From positions 735 through 64,734 of the forward strand of contig DAIDHF010000012.1 of the NCBI GenBank assembly GCA_027452005.1: DNA of 64,000 nucleotides. Direction: 5' to 3'. The stretch comes from Acidimicrobiales bacterium (lineage in GTDB: Bacteria > Actinomycetota > Acidimicrobiia > Acidimicrobiales > JAKAVM01). Shown here one piece after another: positions 18,165 through 26,869 of this stretch (positions within the stretch are counted from its first letter, which is position 1; every line of letters begins with the position of its first letter). Under the pieces are notes generated by a model. The model saw nothing but the letters and a program-made list of their open reading frames with translations, made no database searches and was not told the origin of the DNA. The position numbers were made by a program, and so were the translations under genes.

Positions 18165-18272
18165 GGTGGCTCCAATCTTATTAGAATCCTGAAGGAATAG
18201 CTCAAGTTATTTCAGGTATGATCGACAATACACATATAGTCCAAGGAGGGGCCCTATGAAAATGGATACGAC

Positions 18273-18791
18273 ATGTTAGACGACGAGTCTTGGGACAAGA
18301 CTCGCTTGGAGCGTGAGTTTCGGACCGGGATCAACCCCGATGATGCCCTGCAGGCGATCCGCAAATACTTCAAGTCGCACCACTGGGAGAGTGACGAAGA
18401 TGGCTCGTCGATTCCAAACCTGCAACAGCGAGCCTCTAGACGACGCCCTCCTAACTATCTAGAGGTAACCAAGAGAGTGACCAAAGGAGAGCGCCTTGAA
18501 CCACTCACCCCTGACGCCAGAACCCGGATGGCAGCCTGGGCCCTCAAGGAAGCCTACCCACGCGGGGTTGGTCGAGGAGGATATCTTGAGGTCTACTACC
18601 GCTACTGCTTTCAGGTAACCGTCCAAAAGGATGGCAATCAGTCGCTAGTAATTACTGTGTTTACAGAGGAGATTGACCCGTTAGGTGGAGGCATTCCCGA
18701 CAAACGCGACTACCGGGTAAACTCTTACGCATCTGACCACGACCCTTTTACTGATCTCGAAGACGCACTAACTTCAACCCTACGGGACTAG
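18273..18791 (+). CDS. Hypothetical protein
   Basis: 172-aa ORF with native-looking composition and no motif I recognise. Convergent with nuoN, overlapping it by 12 nt. Confidence 0.4.
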   Translation: MLDDESWDKTRLEREFRTGINPDDALQAIRKYFKSHHWESDEDGSSIPNLQQRASRRRPPNYLEVTKRVTKGERLEPLTPDARTRMAAWALKEAYPRGVGRGGYLEVYYRYCFQVTVQKDGNQSLVITVFTEEIDPLGGGIPDKRDYRVNSYASDHDPFTDLEDALTSTLRD

Positions 18792-20456
18792 CTTGGCTTT
18801 GGTGGCAAGGTCCACTATTGGACTTGCCCATAGGCCGAAGAGGACCGTAAAGCCAACACACAGACTGACCACGAGACCTACTCCAAAGCCGACCGGGATT
18901 CTTTCAGGCACCCCCGAGTCATCTAAGTCGGTGTCGACTTCATCTGAGCGACCCGACTCACTTGGAACTGCCAACGAGTACGTTGGGTCCCCTCCGTATT
19001 CAGGCCCACCGCCAACAAGTCCACCTTCAACTCCACTTGAAGGCACTAGTTGGGCCCCGACCGATACATCTTGTTCTTCGCCGACCGAATCGGAAACCTG
19101 GGCCTTGGTCTTGGCGGTAACCATAAACACGACCACCCGGAGATAAAAGAAGGCCCCGATTACTGCCGAGACCATGGCGATTAGAGCAATGGCATAGGAG
19201 TGAGCGTCGACAGCGGCCGAGACCACCTCAAACTTGGCCCAGAATCCCGTGGTAAAGGGAATCCCAGACTGGGCGAGCAAGAGCACTCCGAGACCAGTTG
19301 CCAAAAAGGGCCTCGTGTAGATCAGACCTCGGTAGTCCTCTAGATCATCAGAACCCCCAATGGCCCCGACAATTGTAAATGACCCCACGACCATGAACAG
19401 GTACGCGAACAGGTAGTACAACGAGCCCGCAATACCCGACGCCGTCGCCGCGACCAGACCAACCAAGATGAACCCGGCGTGACTAATGGATGAGTAGGCC
19501 AGCATGCGCTTGATGTCGCGCTGGACTATGGCCATGATCGAACCGACAACCAGGGTGATCACGGCCAGCACCCAGATGATTGGCTCCCAGTCCAACTTGA
19601 GGGTCCCCATGGTCGAAAATACTACCCGGAGAAACCCGGCAAATCCTCCGGCCTTGGCTACGGCTGCCATGAACGACGTGGCCGGGGTGGGTGATCCCTG
19701 GTAAACGTCAGGGGCCCAGGTGTGGAAGGGAACCAGACCCACCTTGAAGGCAAAACCCACGATCATAAGACCGAGCCCAGCTAGTAACACTCCCTGATGG
19801 ATGATCAGCGTGGTAGCCAAAAACTGGGCGATCCCGGCCAGGTTGGTTGAACCGGTTGAACCATAGACCAGGGCTATCCCATACAAGAAGATCGCCGACG
19901 AAAATCCCCCGAGGATAAAGTACTTGAGCGCCGCCTCTCCGGACTTGTTCTTGCGCAGGTCGGAACCAGCCAACACGTACAGGGCTATCGACATTATCTC
20001 CAGTCCCAAGAACATCACGATAAGGTCGTTGGCCGACCCCATGAGCATGGCCCCGGATGCCGACAACATCATGAGTACCGAGAACTCCGGGGACCTGATG
20101 GACTGGCCGGACAGGTAACCTTCACTTGATGCCCCCACGAAAATGACCGCTATTGAAACCAACATCAAGATAACAGCCGAGAACCCATCGTCGACCACGG
20201 CCCCATCCACGGCCGAAAAGGCCACGTGGTGGGCCCCGGTAACGTTGAACCAGATCTTGAGAGAGGCCAGAAGGGACACTACTCCCACTAGCACCGTAAA
20301 GAGGGTTGAAAATCTCCTAGCTAGGTTCTTGCCCACGAGAGCGGCCACGGTCAACAAGACGAGTGCGCCGACAATCATGACCAGCTCGGGACCTATTGCC
20401 GAATAATCAATATGTGGAACCGCAATTGTCGAGGTCCCAAGCAAAGACAATGTCAT
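18780..20456 (-). CDS. nuoN: NADH-quinone oxidoreductase subunit N, with a ~70-aa acidic insertion before the last TM helix
   Basis: Polytopic antiporter-like protein at the last position of the nuo operon. Overlaps the nuoM stop. Confidence 0.9.
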   Translation of the reverse strand: MTLSLLGTSTIAVPHIDYSAIGPELVMIVGALVLLTVAALVGKNLARRFSTLFTVLVGVVSLLASLKIWFNVTGAHHVAFSAVDGAVVDDGFSAVILMLVSIAVIFVGASSEGYLSGQSIRSPEFSVLMMLSASGAMLMGSANDLIVMFLGLEIMSIALYVLAGSDLRKNKSGEAALKYFILGGFSSAIFLYGIALVYGSTGSTNLAGIAQFLATTLIIHQGVLLAGLGLMIVGFAFKVGLVPFHTWAPDVYQGSPTPATSFMAAVAKAGGFAGFLRVVFSTMGTLKLDWEPIIWVLAVITLVVGSIMAIVQRDIKRMLAYSSISHAGFILVGLVAATASGIAGSLYYLFAYLFMVVGSFTIVGAIGGSDDLEDYRGLIYTRPFLATGLGVLLLAQSGIPFTTGFWAKFEVVSAAVDAHSYAIALIAMVSAVIGAFFYLRVVVFMVTAKTKAQVSDSVGEEQDVSVGAQLVPSSGVEGGLVGGGPEYGGDPTYSLAVPSESGRSDEVDTDLDDSGVPERIPVGFGVGLVVSLCVGFTVLFGLWASPIVDLATKAKLVP

Positions 20457-21997
20457 CGTGACTCCTCACTTGGCTGGTGGCTCGCGGTCCTTACCTGATG
20501 CACCAGGGAGTTTACCGTTGGGGTTACCCTATCAAGAATCGGTTTAGGATATATACCGATAAATACAATAAGAATTATCAGTGGAGCCATGACCAACTTC
20601 TCTTTCAAGGCCATGTCGGACACTTTCGCGTTGTCGCCTTGAGGCTTTGAGTGAAAGGCCTGCTGGTAGGCCCAGAGCATGTAGACCACCGACAAGATTA
20701 CCCCGCCCCCGGCCACCACGGCCCACCATCTATGTGTTATAAAGGTCCCGAGCAAGATCAAGAACTCTCCAATAAACCCGTTCAATCCGGGAAGTCCAAC
20801 CGAGGCCAACATGACCAGGGTGAACACCCCGGCCAGTACCGGAGCCGCCTTCTGAAGCCCAGATAGCTCAGTTAGATTCCAGGTGCCCCGCCTCCTGGCA
20901 ATCATCGCAATCAACAAGAACAGTCCGGCAACTATGATCCCGTGGTTGATCATCTGGAGCACGGCCCCGTCGAGTCCCTGGGGAGACATTGCAAACAGGC
21001 CCATGATGATAAAGCCGATGTGCGACAGAGACGAGTATGCCACCACCTTTTTCAGGTCCTTTTGCACAGCGGCCACAATGGCCCCGTACAAGATCCCCGA
21101 AACCCCCAAGGTCAACAGGAGCGGAGCCAGTACCGAGGCGGCCTGTGGGAATAGAGACAGGTCAAAGCGGATAATCCCATAGGTACCCAGTTTGGCCATG
21201 ACCCCGGCCAGGACGACCGATCCACCTGCCGGGGCACTCGAGTAGGCATCCGGCGACCAGGTATGAAACGGAAATATTGGAGCCTTGACCGCAAAGGCAA
21301 GTGTAAAGGCCAAAAATAGCCACTTAGCTGCCCCGGAACTCAAAAAGTGACCACTGGACAGGGTTATAAGGTCAAAGCTGAGATGGCCCGTGGAGGCCTT
21401 GGCGTCGAAGGCCACGATCAAGATGGCCACGAAGAAGAACACCGACCCAAGGAAGGTATACAAGAAGAACTTGGTCGCCGCAAAGGCCCGCCGCCCGGTT
21501 CCCCAGCGACTTATTAGAAAGTACGCCGGAACCAAGGTGGCCTCAAAGAAGAGGAAGAACACGAAGATATCCAGAGAGAGGAAACACCCCATGCAGGCCC
21601 CCTCTAGGAGCAACATCCAGCTCATGTAGGACTTGAGACCCTCAGGGGTCGATACCCCAGATCCCCCGATAACTATCGGGAAGACCAGCGCGGTGAGGAC
21701 AACTAGAAACAGGGAGATCCCATCCACGCCAAGCTCCCAGGAGATCCCAAAGTTTGCAACCCACAGGTGCTTTGCAAAGAACTGATATCCGGGAGTGTTG
21801 GACTTGAACGACACCAGCATGGCAACGGCCAGACCCAGGGTTCCCAGGGACGTACTCATGGCGATCGACCGCGCTACACTCCCAAAGCGCTTGGGTAATA
21901 CAGCTACCACGGCCCCGGCAATTGCCGGGAGCAAGACCAGTACGGTCAGGATCGGGAACCCGAACGTGGACGAATAAGACGAAATCGGGGTAGACAC
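20453..21997 (-). CDS. nuoM: NADH-quinone oxidoreductase subunit M
   Basis: Antiporter-like 514-aa membrane protein (FAVKAPIFPFHTWSPDAY), in operon order. Confidence 0.93.
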   Translation of the reverse strand: MSTPISSYSSTFGFPILTVLVLLPAIAGAVVAVLPKRFGSVARSIAMSTSLGTLGLAVAMLVSFKSNTPGYQFFAKHLWVANFGISWELGVDGISLFLVVLTALVFPIVIGGSGVSTPEGLKSYMSWMLLLEGACMGCFLSLDIFVFFLFFEATLVPAYFLISRWGTGRRAFAATKFFLYTFLGSVFFFVAILIVAFDAKASTGHLSFDLITLSSGHFLSSGAAKWLFLAFTLAFAVKAPIFPFHTWSPDAYSSAPAGGSVVLAGVMAKLGTYGIIRFDLSLFPQAASVLAPLLLTLGVSGILYGAIVAAVQKDLKKVVAYSSLSHIGFIIMGLFAMSPQGLDGAVLQMINHGIIVAGLFLLIAMIARRRGTWNLTELSGLQKAAPVLAGVFTLVMLASVGLPGLNGFIGEFLILLGTFITHRWWAVVAGGGVILSVVYMLWAYQQAFHSKPQGDNAKVSDMALKEKLVMAPLIILIVFIGIYPKPILDRVTPTVNSLVHQVRTASHQPSEESR

Positions 21998-23958
21998 TAG
22001 CCTGCCCTGACTACCAAATAGATCAACACGCCAGCCATCCCGAGGGCGATTGCCAGGGCGTAGTTTCTCACGTAACCGCTCTGGAGCTTTCTCAACCTAA
22101 GCCCCGTCCAAGCTACCAGACCCCCTGTAGCATTTACCGTCCCGTCGATAATCCGGGTCTCAACTGTAGCCTGGGCAAAGTTAGCAAACGCCTGGGCGGG
22201 CTTGGAGACTAGGTACTCATAGACCTTGTAGAGACCCCACGAAGATCTCAAGAAGTTCGGCTCTAGCTCCGGGCGATCCCAAGCGCGGCGCCAGATACTC
22301 CAAGCAATAGCTACCCCGGCTAAGGCCAAGACCGCGTCAGATCCCGCCAAGAGCCACTTGGCACTCGTCGACAGGGCCAGGTGGGTAGTCCCGAACACGG
22401 GGGTCAGCCAGTGCTCTAGGTACCCCAGACCCGACGTGAACGGGAGGTTGAGCAACCCGGCAACAACCGCTAAAAAGGCCAGGACGACCAGTGGGACCCA
22501 CATGTGCCAGGTGGGCTCGTGGGGCTCGCCCCCGTGACCGTGTCCAGTCGAGGCATCTCCGCCATGGTTCAGCGCGACCTCCTTGAAACGGGGCTCACCA
22601 AAGAAGACCAGGTACACCTCGCGCCCCATGTAGTAAGCGGTGAGAATCGCCGTCACCGCCCCCACGGCCCACAGGATTGGGGACTTGGTGTAGGCCCCGT
22701 CCAGGACGTCACCCTTTGACCAGAATCCCGAGAACGGTGGAACCCCGGCAATAGACAGCCAGCCAATAATAAAGGTGACCGAGGTGATCGGCATGTACCT
22801 TCTCAGGCCCCCCATCTTCTTGATGTCCTGCTCGTCTCCCATGGCGTGTATAACCGACCCAGAACCCAAGAACAGGAGGGCCTTATAGAAGGCGTGGGTA
22901 ACCATTAGAAAGATAGCCGCCACGTAAGCCCCCGATCCCACCCCGAGCATCATGTATCCCAGCTGAGACACAGTAGAGTACGCCAGGACCTTTTTTATGT
23001 CGTCTTGCGAGGTCCCAATCGTGGCGGCCACGAACGCCGTTGTTACCCCGACTATGGCAATTACCCAACTCGCAACCGGGGCCAAGTGGAGAAGGGGCGA
23101 CACCCGGGCCATCAGGTAAACCCCGGCCGTGACCATGGTCGCAGCGTGAATCAGGGCCGACACCGGGGTCGGGCCCTCCATGGCATCGGCCAACCACAGA
23201 GACAGGGGGAGCTGTGCCGACTTTCCCACGGCCCCTAAGAAGAGCAAGAGACACACGGCCTCTAAGGTCCCCGAGGAAAGCTGGGCCACACAATGTCCAA
23301 GAGTCCCCCCGGGCCCCGAAGGACACGAGGGTGGCGCTGTCTTGGAAAACACTCCCTGGTAACTCAGGGTCCTCGTGTGGTCGAACAGTAAGAACATGGC
23401 CATGAGAAACCCGAAATCACCGATCCGGTTGACTATAAAGGCAAACTTTCCCGCCGTAGCCGCGCTCGGTCGCTCAAAGAAGTACGAGATAAGAAAGTAT
23501 GAACATGCCCCCACCCCCTCCCATCCCAAAAAGGTCAGGACAAAGTTGTCCGACAAGACCAACATGAGCATAGAAAACACGAACAGGTTGAAGTACAAGA
23601 AGAACTTCGAGAAGTCTCGGTCTCGCTTCATGTACCCGATCGCGTACAGGTGGATCAAGGTCGACACCCCGGTAACAAACAGGGCCATAGTTATCGACAG
23701 AGGATCGGCCAACAGTGAGACGGTAACGTGTAGGGACCCGACCGGAATCCAAGTGAAGAGGGTCTCAACGTAGCTTCGTCCCGTCGACGTGCGCCCCATG
23801 AGTCCGGAAAAGGTGAGCACGGAACACACAAAGGACCCGGCAATTGCCAACGTGGCAACCCAGCCCGCCTTGGGATCCCCGAGTCTTGAACCAACTAGTA
23901 AGACGATTACAAACCCGGCTAGGGCAAATCCTGGTATATAGGCTAAGGAGTGGAGCAT
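21997..23958 (-). CDS. nuoL: NADH-quinone oxidoreductase subunit L
   Basis: 653-aa antiporter-like subunit (GKSAQLPLSLWLADAMEGPTPVSALIHAATMVTAGVYL). Confidence 0.93.
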   Translation of the reverse strand: MLHSLAYIPGFALAGFVIVLLVGSRLGDPKAGWVATLAIAGSFVCSVLTFSGLMGRTSTGRSYVETLFTWIPVGSLHVTVSLLADPLSITMALFVTGVSTLIHLYAIGYMKRDRDFSKFFLYFNLFVFSMLMLVLSDNFVLTFLGWEGVGACSYFLISYFFERPSAATAGKFAFIVNRIGDFGFLMAMFLLFDHTRTLSYQGVFSKTAPPSCPSGPGGTLGHCVAQLSSGTLEAVCLLLFLGAVGKSAQLPLSLWLADAMEGPTPVSALIHAATMVTAGVYLMARVSPLLHLAPVASWVIAIVGVTTAFVAATIGTSQDDIKKVLAYSTVSQLGYMMLGVGSGAYVAAIFLMVTHAFYKALLFLGSGSVIHAMGDEQDIKKMGGLRRYMPITSVTFIIGWLSIAGVPPFSGFWSKGDVLDGAYTKSPILWAVGAVTAILTAYYMGREVYLVFFGEPRFKEVALNHGGDASTGHGHGGEPHEPTWHMWVPLVVLAFLAVVAGLLNLPFTSGLGYLEHWLTPVFGTTHLALSTSAKWLLAGSDAVLALAGVAIAWSIWRRAWDRPELEPNFLRSSWGLYKVYEYLVSKPAQAFANFAQATVETRIIDGTVNATGGLVAWTGLRLRKLQSGYVRNYALAIALGMAGVLIYLVVRAG

Positions 23959-23959
23959 G

Positions 23960-24265
23960 TTACCCGTGCATTATATGCAGGTCGTCAGCGGTAGTGCCTC
24001 TCCTGCTCCTGTAAATGGAGACGATAATCCCCAGTCCAACAACGACCTCGGCGGCAGCAACCACGAGCACGAAGAACACGACAACCTGGCCAGCTATATC
24101 ATTTAGGGTTCGGGAAAACGTAACAAAGGTCAGGTTTACTGCGTTCAACATGAGTTCCACGCACATAAACATCACGAGAACGCTCCTGCGAATAAGCAAC
24201 CCGATCGCCCCTATCCCAAACAAGATAGCGGCAACGACCAAATACCAACTAGCCGTGATCGTCAT
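23960..24265 (-). CDS. nuoK: NADH-quinone oxidoreductase subunit K
   Basis: 101 aa, three TM helices, conserved [12 protein letters not shown]. Confidence 0.92.
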   Translation of the reverse strand: MTITASWYLVVAAILFGIGAIGLLIRRSVLVMFMCVELMLNAVNLTFVTFSRTLNDIAGQVVVFFVLVVAAAEVVVGLGIIVSIYRSRRGTTADDLHIMHG

Positions 24266-25011
24266 GAGCCGTGACCCCCCGAGGCATGCTCCTCGAAGAT
24301 ACCTTCCGGGACTTGGACCAGGTCGTCTCGATCACCACGATCCCCGTTGTCACCGTCTAGGTCGCCTCGGCTGTCAGGATCTGGATTGGTCTGATCTTGG
24401 TAACCTCCGCCGTGTTCTGGATCATCATCTCGTGGCAACCCGGTTGATGGCCCGTCCAAGTCGATCACGACCGTTCTACGCCTGGCCAACAAGACGGCCC
24501 CGACTACTGCAATAACTAACAGGGCCGAGGTCACCTCAAAGGCCAGTAGGTAGGTCGTAAACAACGACGTTGCCAACAGGTTGATGTTGGGTACCGTCTT
24601 AGACGAGGCCACCCCCGACACGCTCTTTGTCCCGGTTGCCCAGGCAATGTGGGCCAATACCAAGATCGCCCCGACCACTAGACACCCGGCAACGATTCCA
24701 AGAAATCTCTGCCAGGAAAGAGGATCTCGACCAAGTCTCTCTGACTTGTCGACCCCAAGGAGCATGATCACGAACAAGAACAGGACTACAATTGCCCCCC
24801 CGTACACAATTATCTGAACCGCCGCTAAAAAGTCGGCCCGTTGCTCTAAAAACAAAAGGGCTACCCCAAATAGGGTGGCCACCAGACACAGTGCCCCCCT
24901 TACCGGGTTCCGGTTCAATACCACTCCAATAGCCCCCAACAAGACAATAGCTGCGGACACCACGAACATAGTTGCATCCGGGACCGATACTTTAGCAAGC
25001 ATTGGTATCAT
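24262..25011 (-). CDS. nuoJ: NADH-quinone oxidoreductase subunit J, with a ~75-aa acidic C-terminal tail
   Basis: TM core typical of NuoJ in operon order. The tail is rich in D/G/R ([36 protein letters not shown]). Confidence 0.88.
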   Translation of the reverse strand: MIPMLAKVSVPDATMFVVSAAIVLLGAIGVVLNRNPVRGALCLVATLFGVALLFLEQRADFLAAVQIIVYGGAIVVLFLFVIMLLGVDKSERLGRDPLSWQRFLGIVAGCLVVGAILVLAHIAWATGTKSVSGVASSKTVPNINLLATSLFTTYLLAFEVTSALLVIAVVGAVLLARRRTVVIDLDGPSTGLPRDDDPEHGGGYQDQTNPDPDSRGDLDGDNGDRGDRDDLVQVPEGIFEEHASGGHGS

Positions 25012-25610
25012 TGGCTGGCTATCTGCCCTTGTTGATCGGACTCAGGAGTCCTCACCCCATAGCCTAGCTCCCCAGACCAGTGCACCCGTCCTTCATTGTC
25101 GGCCGACCCGTTTGGAGACGTGGCCCTCATCCAGCCTGACGTATTGCGATCATCCCCGACCCTCCAGTCCTCCCAGGGCAACTTCTTTGGGGTACCATCA
25201 TCTGATACGACCAATTCTTCTTTGGTGTATATTGCCTGGGCCCGATTGGTAAAGGAGAACTCGAACAACTTTGACTCGGTAATGGCCTCTGTCGGACAGG
25301 CCTCCACGCATAGGTCACAGTGGATGCACCTCAAGTAGTTGATCTCGTACACGTACCCGTAGCGCTCCCCAGGTGACACCGGGGCATCTTCAGGGTTGTC
25401 GGCACCTCGCACATATATGCACTGTGCCGGGCACACCCCGGCACACAGCTCACACCCGATGCACTTTTCCATGCCATCCTCGTACCGGTTGAGAACGTGC
25501 CGCCCGTGAAGACGCTCTGGTTTGGCCTTTTTGACCTTGGGATACTGGACCGTGGCCCGGGGCCTGGCGATCTGGTCAAGGGTTACCTTGAACCCGTTTA
25601 GTAGTCCCAT
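25008..25610 (-). CDS. nuoI: NADH-quinone oxidoreductase subunit I
   Basis: Two 4Fe-4S motifs, CIGCELCAGVCP and CIHCDLCVEACP. Confidence 0.93.
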   Translation of the reverse strand: MGLLNGFKVTLDQIARPRATVQYPKVKKAKPERLHGRHVLNRYEDGMEKCIGCELCAGVCPAQCIYVRGADNPEDAPVSPGERYGYVYEINYLRCIHCDLCVEACPTEAITESKLFEFSFTNRAQAIYTKEELVVSDDGTPKKLPWEDWRVGDDRNTSGWMRATSPNGSADNEGRVHWSGELGYGVRTPESDQQGQIASQ

Positions 25611-25648
25611 CTCTAGTTAGCCCCCCGATCCTTTAGCCGTCCCATACC

Positions 25649-26869
25649 CTACAAGGTCTCTCTTTCTAGTTCTCGGTCTCGGTCACGGTCACCAACAAAC
25701 ACGGTCCTGACCAGGCCGATCACAAACACGATCCCGGCCCCGATCAAGGCCAACTCGTCACCAATTCCAATCTGACGGGCCGCTATGATCAATAACCATA
25801 CCAAAGATATCGGAATTAGATACTTCCAACCCAGGTTCATGAGCTGGTCATAGCGTAGCCTGGGCAAAGATGCCCGGATCCAGACCTGGACAAACAAGAA
25901 CAATATAGTCTTGCCCAAGAACCACAGAATCGGCCAGATCCACCTAGGCCCAATAGGTGGGATGGGCCCGTTGGGACCGCCCAGGAACAAGGTCACGATA
26001 ACCGCCGACATGGTAATCGTGTTCATGAACTCAGCCAAGAAGAAGAGTGCAAAGCGCAGTGAGGTGTACTCGGTGTGAAATCCTCCCACGAGTTCCTGCT
26101 CTCCTTCAACCAGATCAAAGGGTGGTCGGTTCAGCTCGGCCGTTGACGCGATAAAGAAGATCACAAACGGGACCAACAACAAGGTAAAGATGTTCCAGTG
26201 GGGGACGTAGTGCCCGACATCGTGGAGGATCTTACTCACAATGTTCTCGTTCGGGGCCGCCTTGGCCGAGAGCCTCCCTGACTGGTAACCAACAATGTCC
26301 CAGGTCGACAGAGACCCACCAGACAGCAGAACCGTGGCCAACGAGAGCCCCATGGCCGCCTCATAGGAGATCATCTGGGCCGACCCCCTAATCGAGCCCA
26401 ACAGGGGATACTTGGACCCAGATGACCACCCGGCCAACATGGTCCCGTACACGGCCACCGAGGACACGACCAACACGAACAAGATCCCCATGGGCGGGTT
26501 GGCCACCTGGAGCTCGATCACGTGGTGGGCCACGGTTACAGTCCGCCCAAAGGGCACCACCATGAACACGAGCAGGGCCGGGATGAGAGACAGGTACGGG
26601 GCCAACTTGAACACGACCCTGTCAGCGCGATCTGGGATCAGGTCCTCCTTGAAGAACAACTTGATCCCGTCAGCTAAGGTCTGGAGCAGTCCATATGGCC
26701 CGGCCCGATTTGGTCCGATCCGGTTTTGCATGTCCGAGATCACCTTTCTCTCGAACCAGATCATCAACATCACCGAGACCATCAAGAACGCAAACGCCGC
26801 CACGACCTTGACTAAAACAATCAGTAAAATCGCCGGGGTTACGTGACCAGCCAGCATGGGATCGGACAT
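25649..26869 (-). CDS. nuoH: NADH-quinone oxidoreductase subunit H
   Basis: 406-aa polytopic protein with WFERKVISDMQNRIGPNRAGPYGLLQ and the NRPPFDLVEGEQELVGGFHTEY motif. Confidence 0.93.
   Translation of the reverse strand: MSDPMLAGHVTPAILLIVLVKVVAAFAFLMVSVMLMIWFERKVISDMQNRIGPNRAGPYGLLQTLADGIKLFFKEDLIPDRADRVVFKLAPYLSLIPALLVFMVVPFGRTVTVAHHVIELQVANPPMGILFVLVVSSVAVYGTMLAGWSSGSKYPLLGSIRGSAQMISYEAAMGLSLATVLLSGGSLSTWDIVGYQSGRLSAKAAPNENIVSKILHDVGHYVPHWNIFTLLLVPFVIFFIASTAELNRPPFDLVEGEQELVGGFHTEYTSLRFALFFLAEFMNTITMSAVIVTLFLGGPNGPIPPIGPRWIWPILWFLGKTILFLFVQVWIRASLPRLRYDQLMNLGWKYLIPISLVWLLIIAARQIGIGDELALIGAGIVFVIGLVRTVFVGDRDRDRELERETL

Noticed and set aside
22883-23773. Overlapping ORFs in both strands inside nuoL (e.g. 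22883-23326 minus, 23375-23773 plus), and similar nested ORFs inside nuoG, nuoM, hemC and hemA.
   Set aside because: They are R/P/G-rich or otherwise featureless out-of-frame translations inside confidently identified genes. This is typical of a moderately GC-rich genome.
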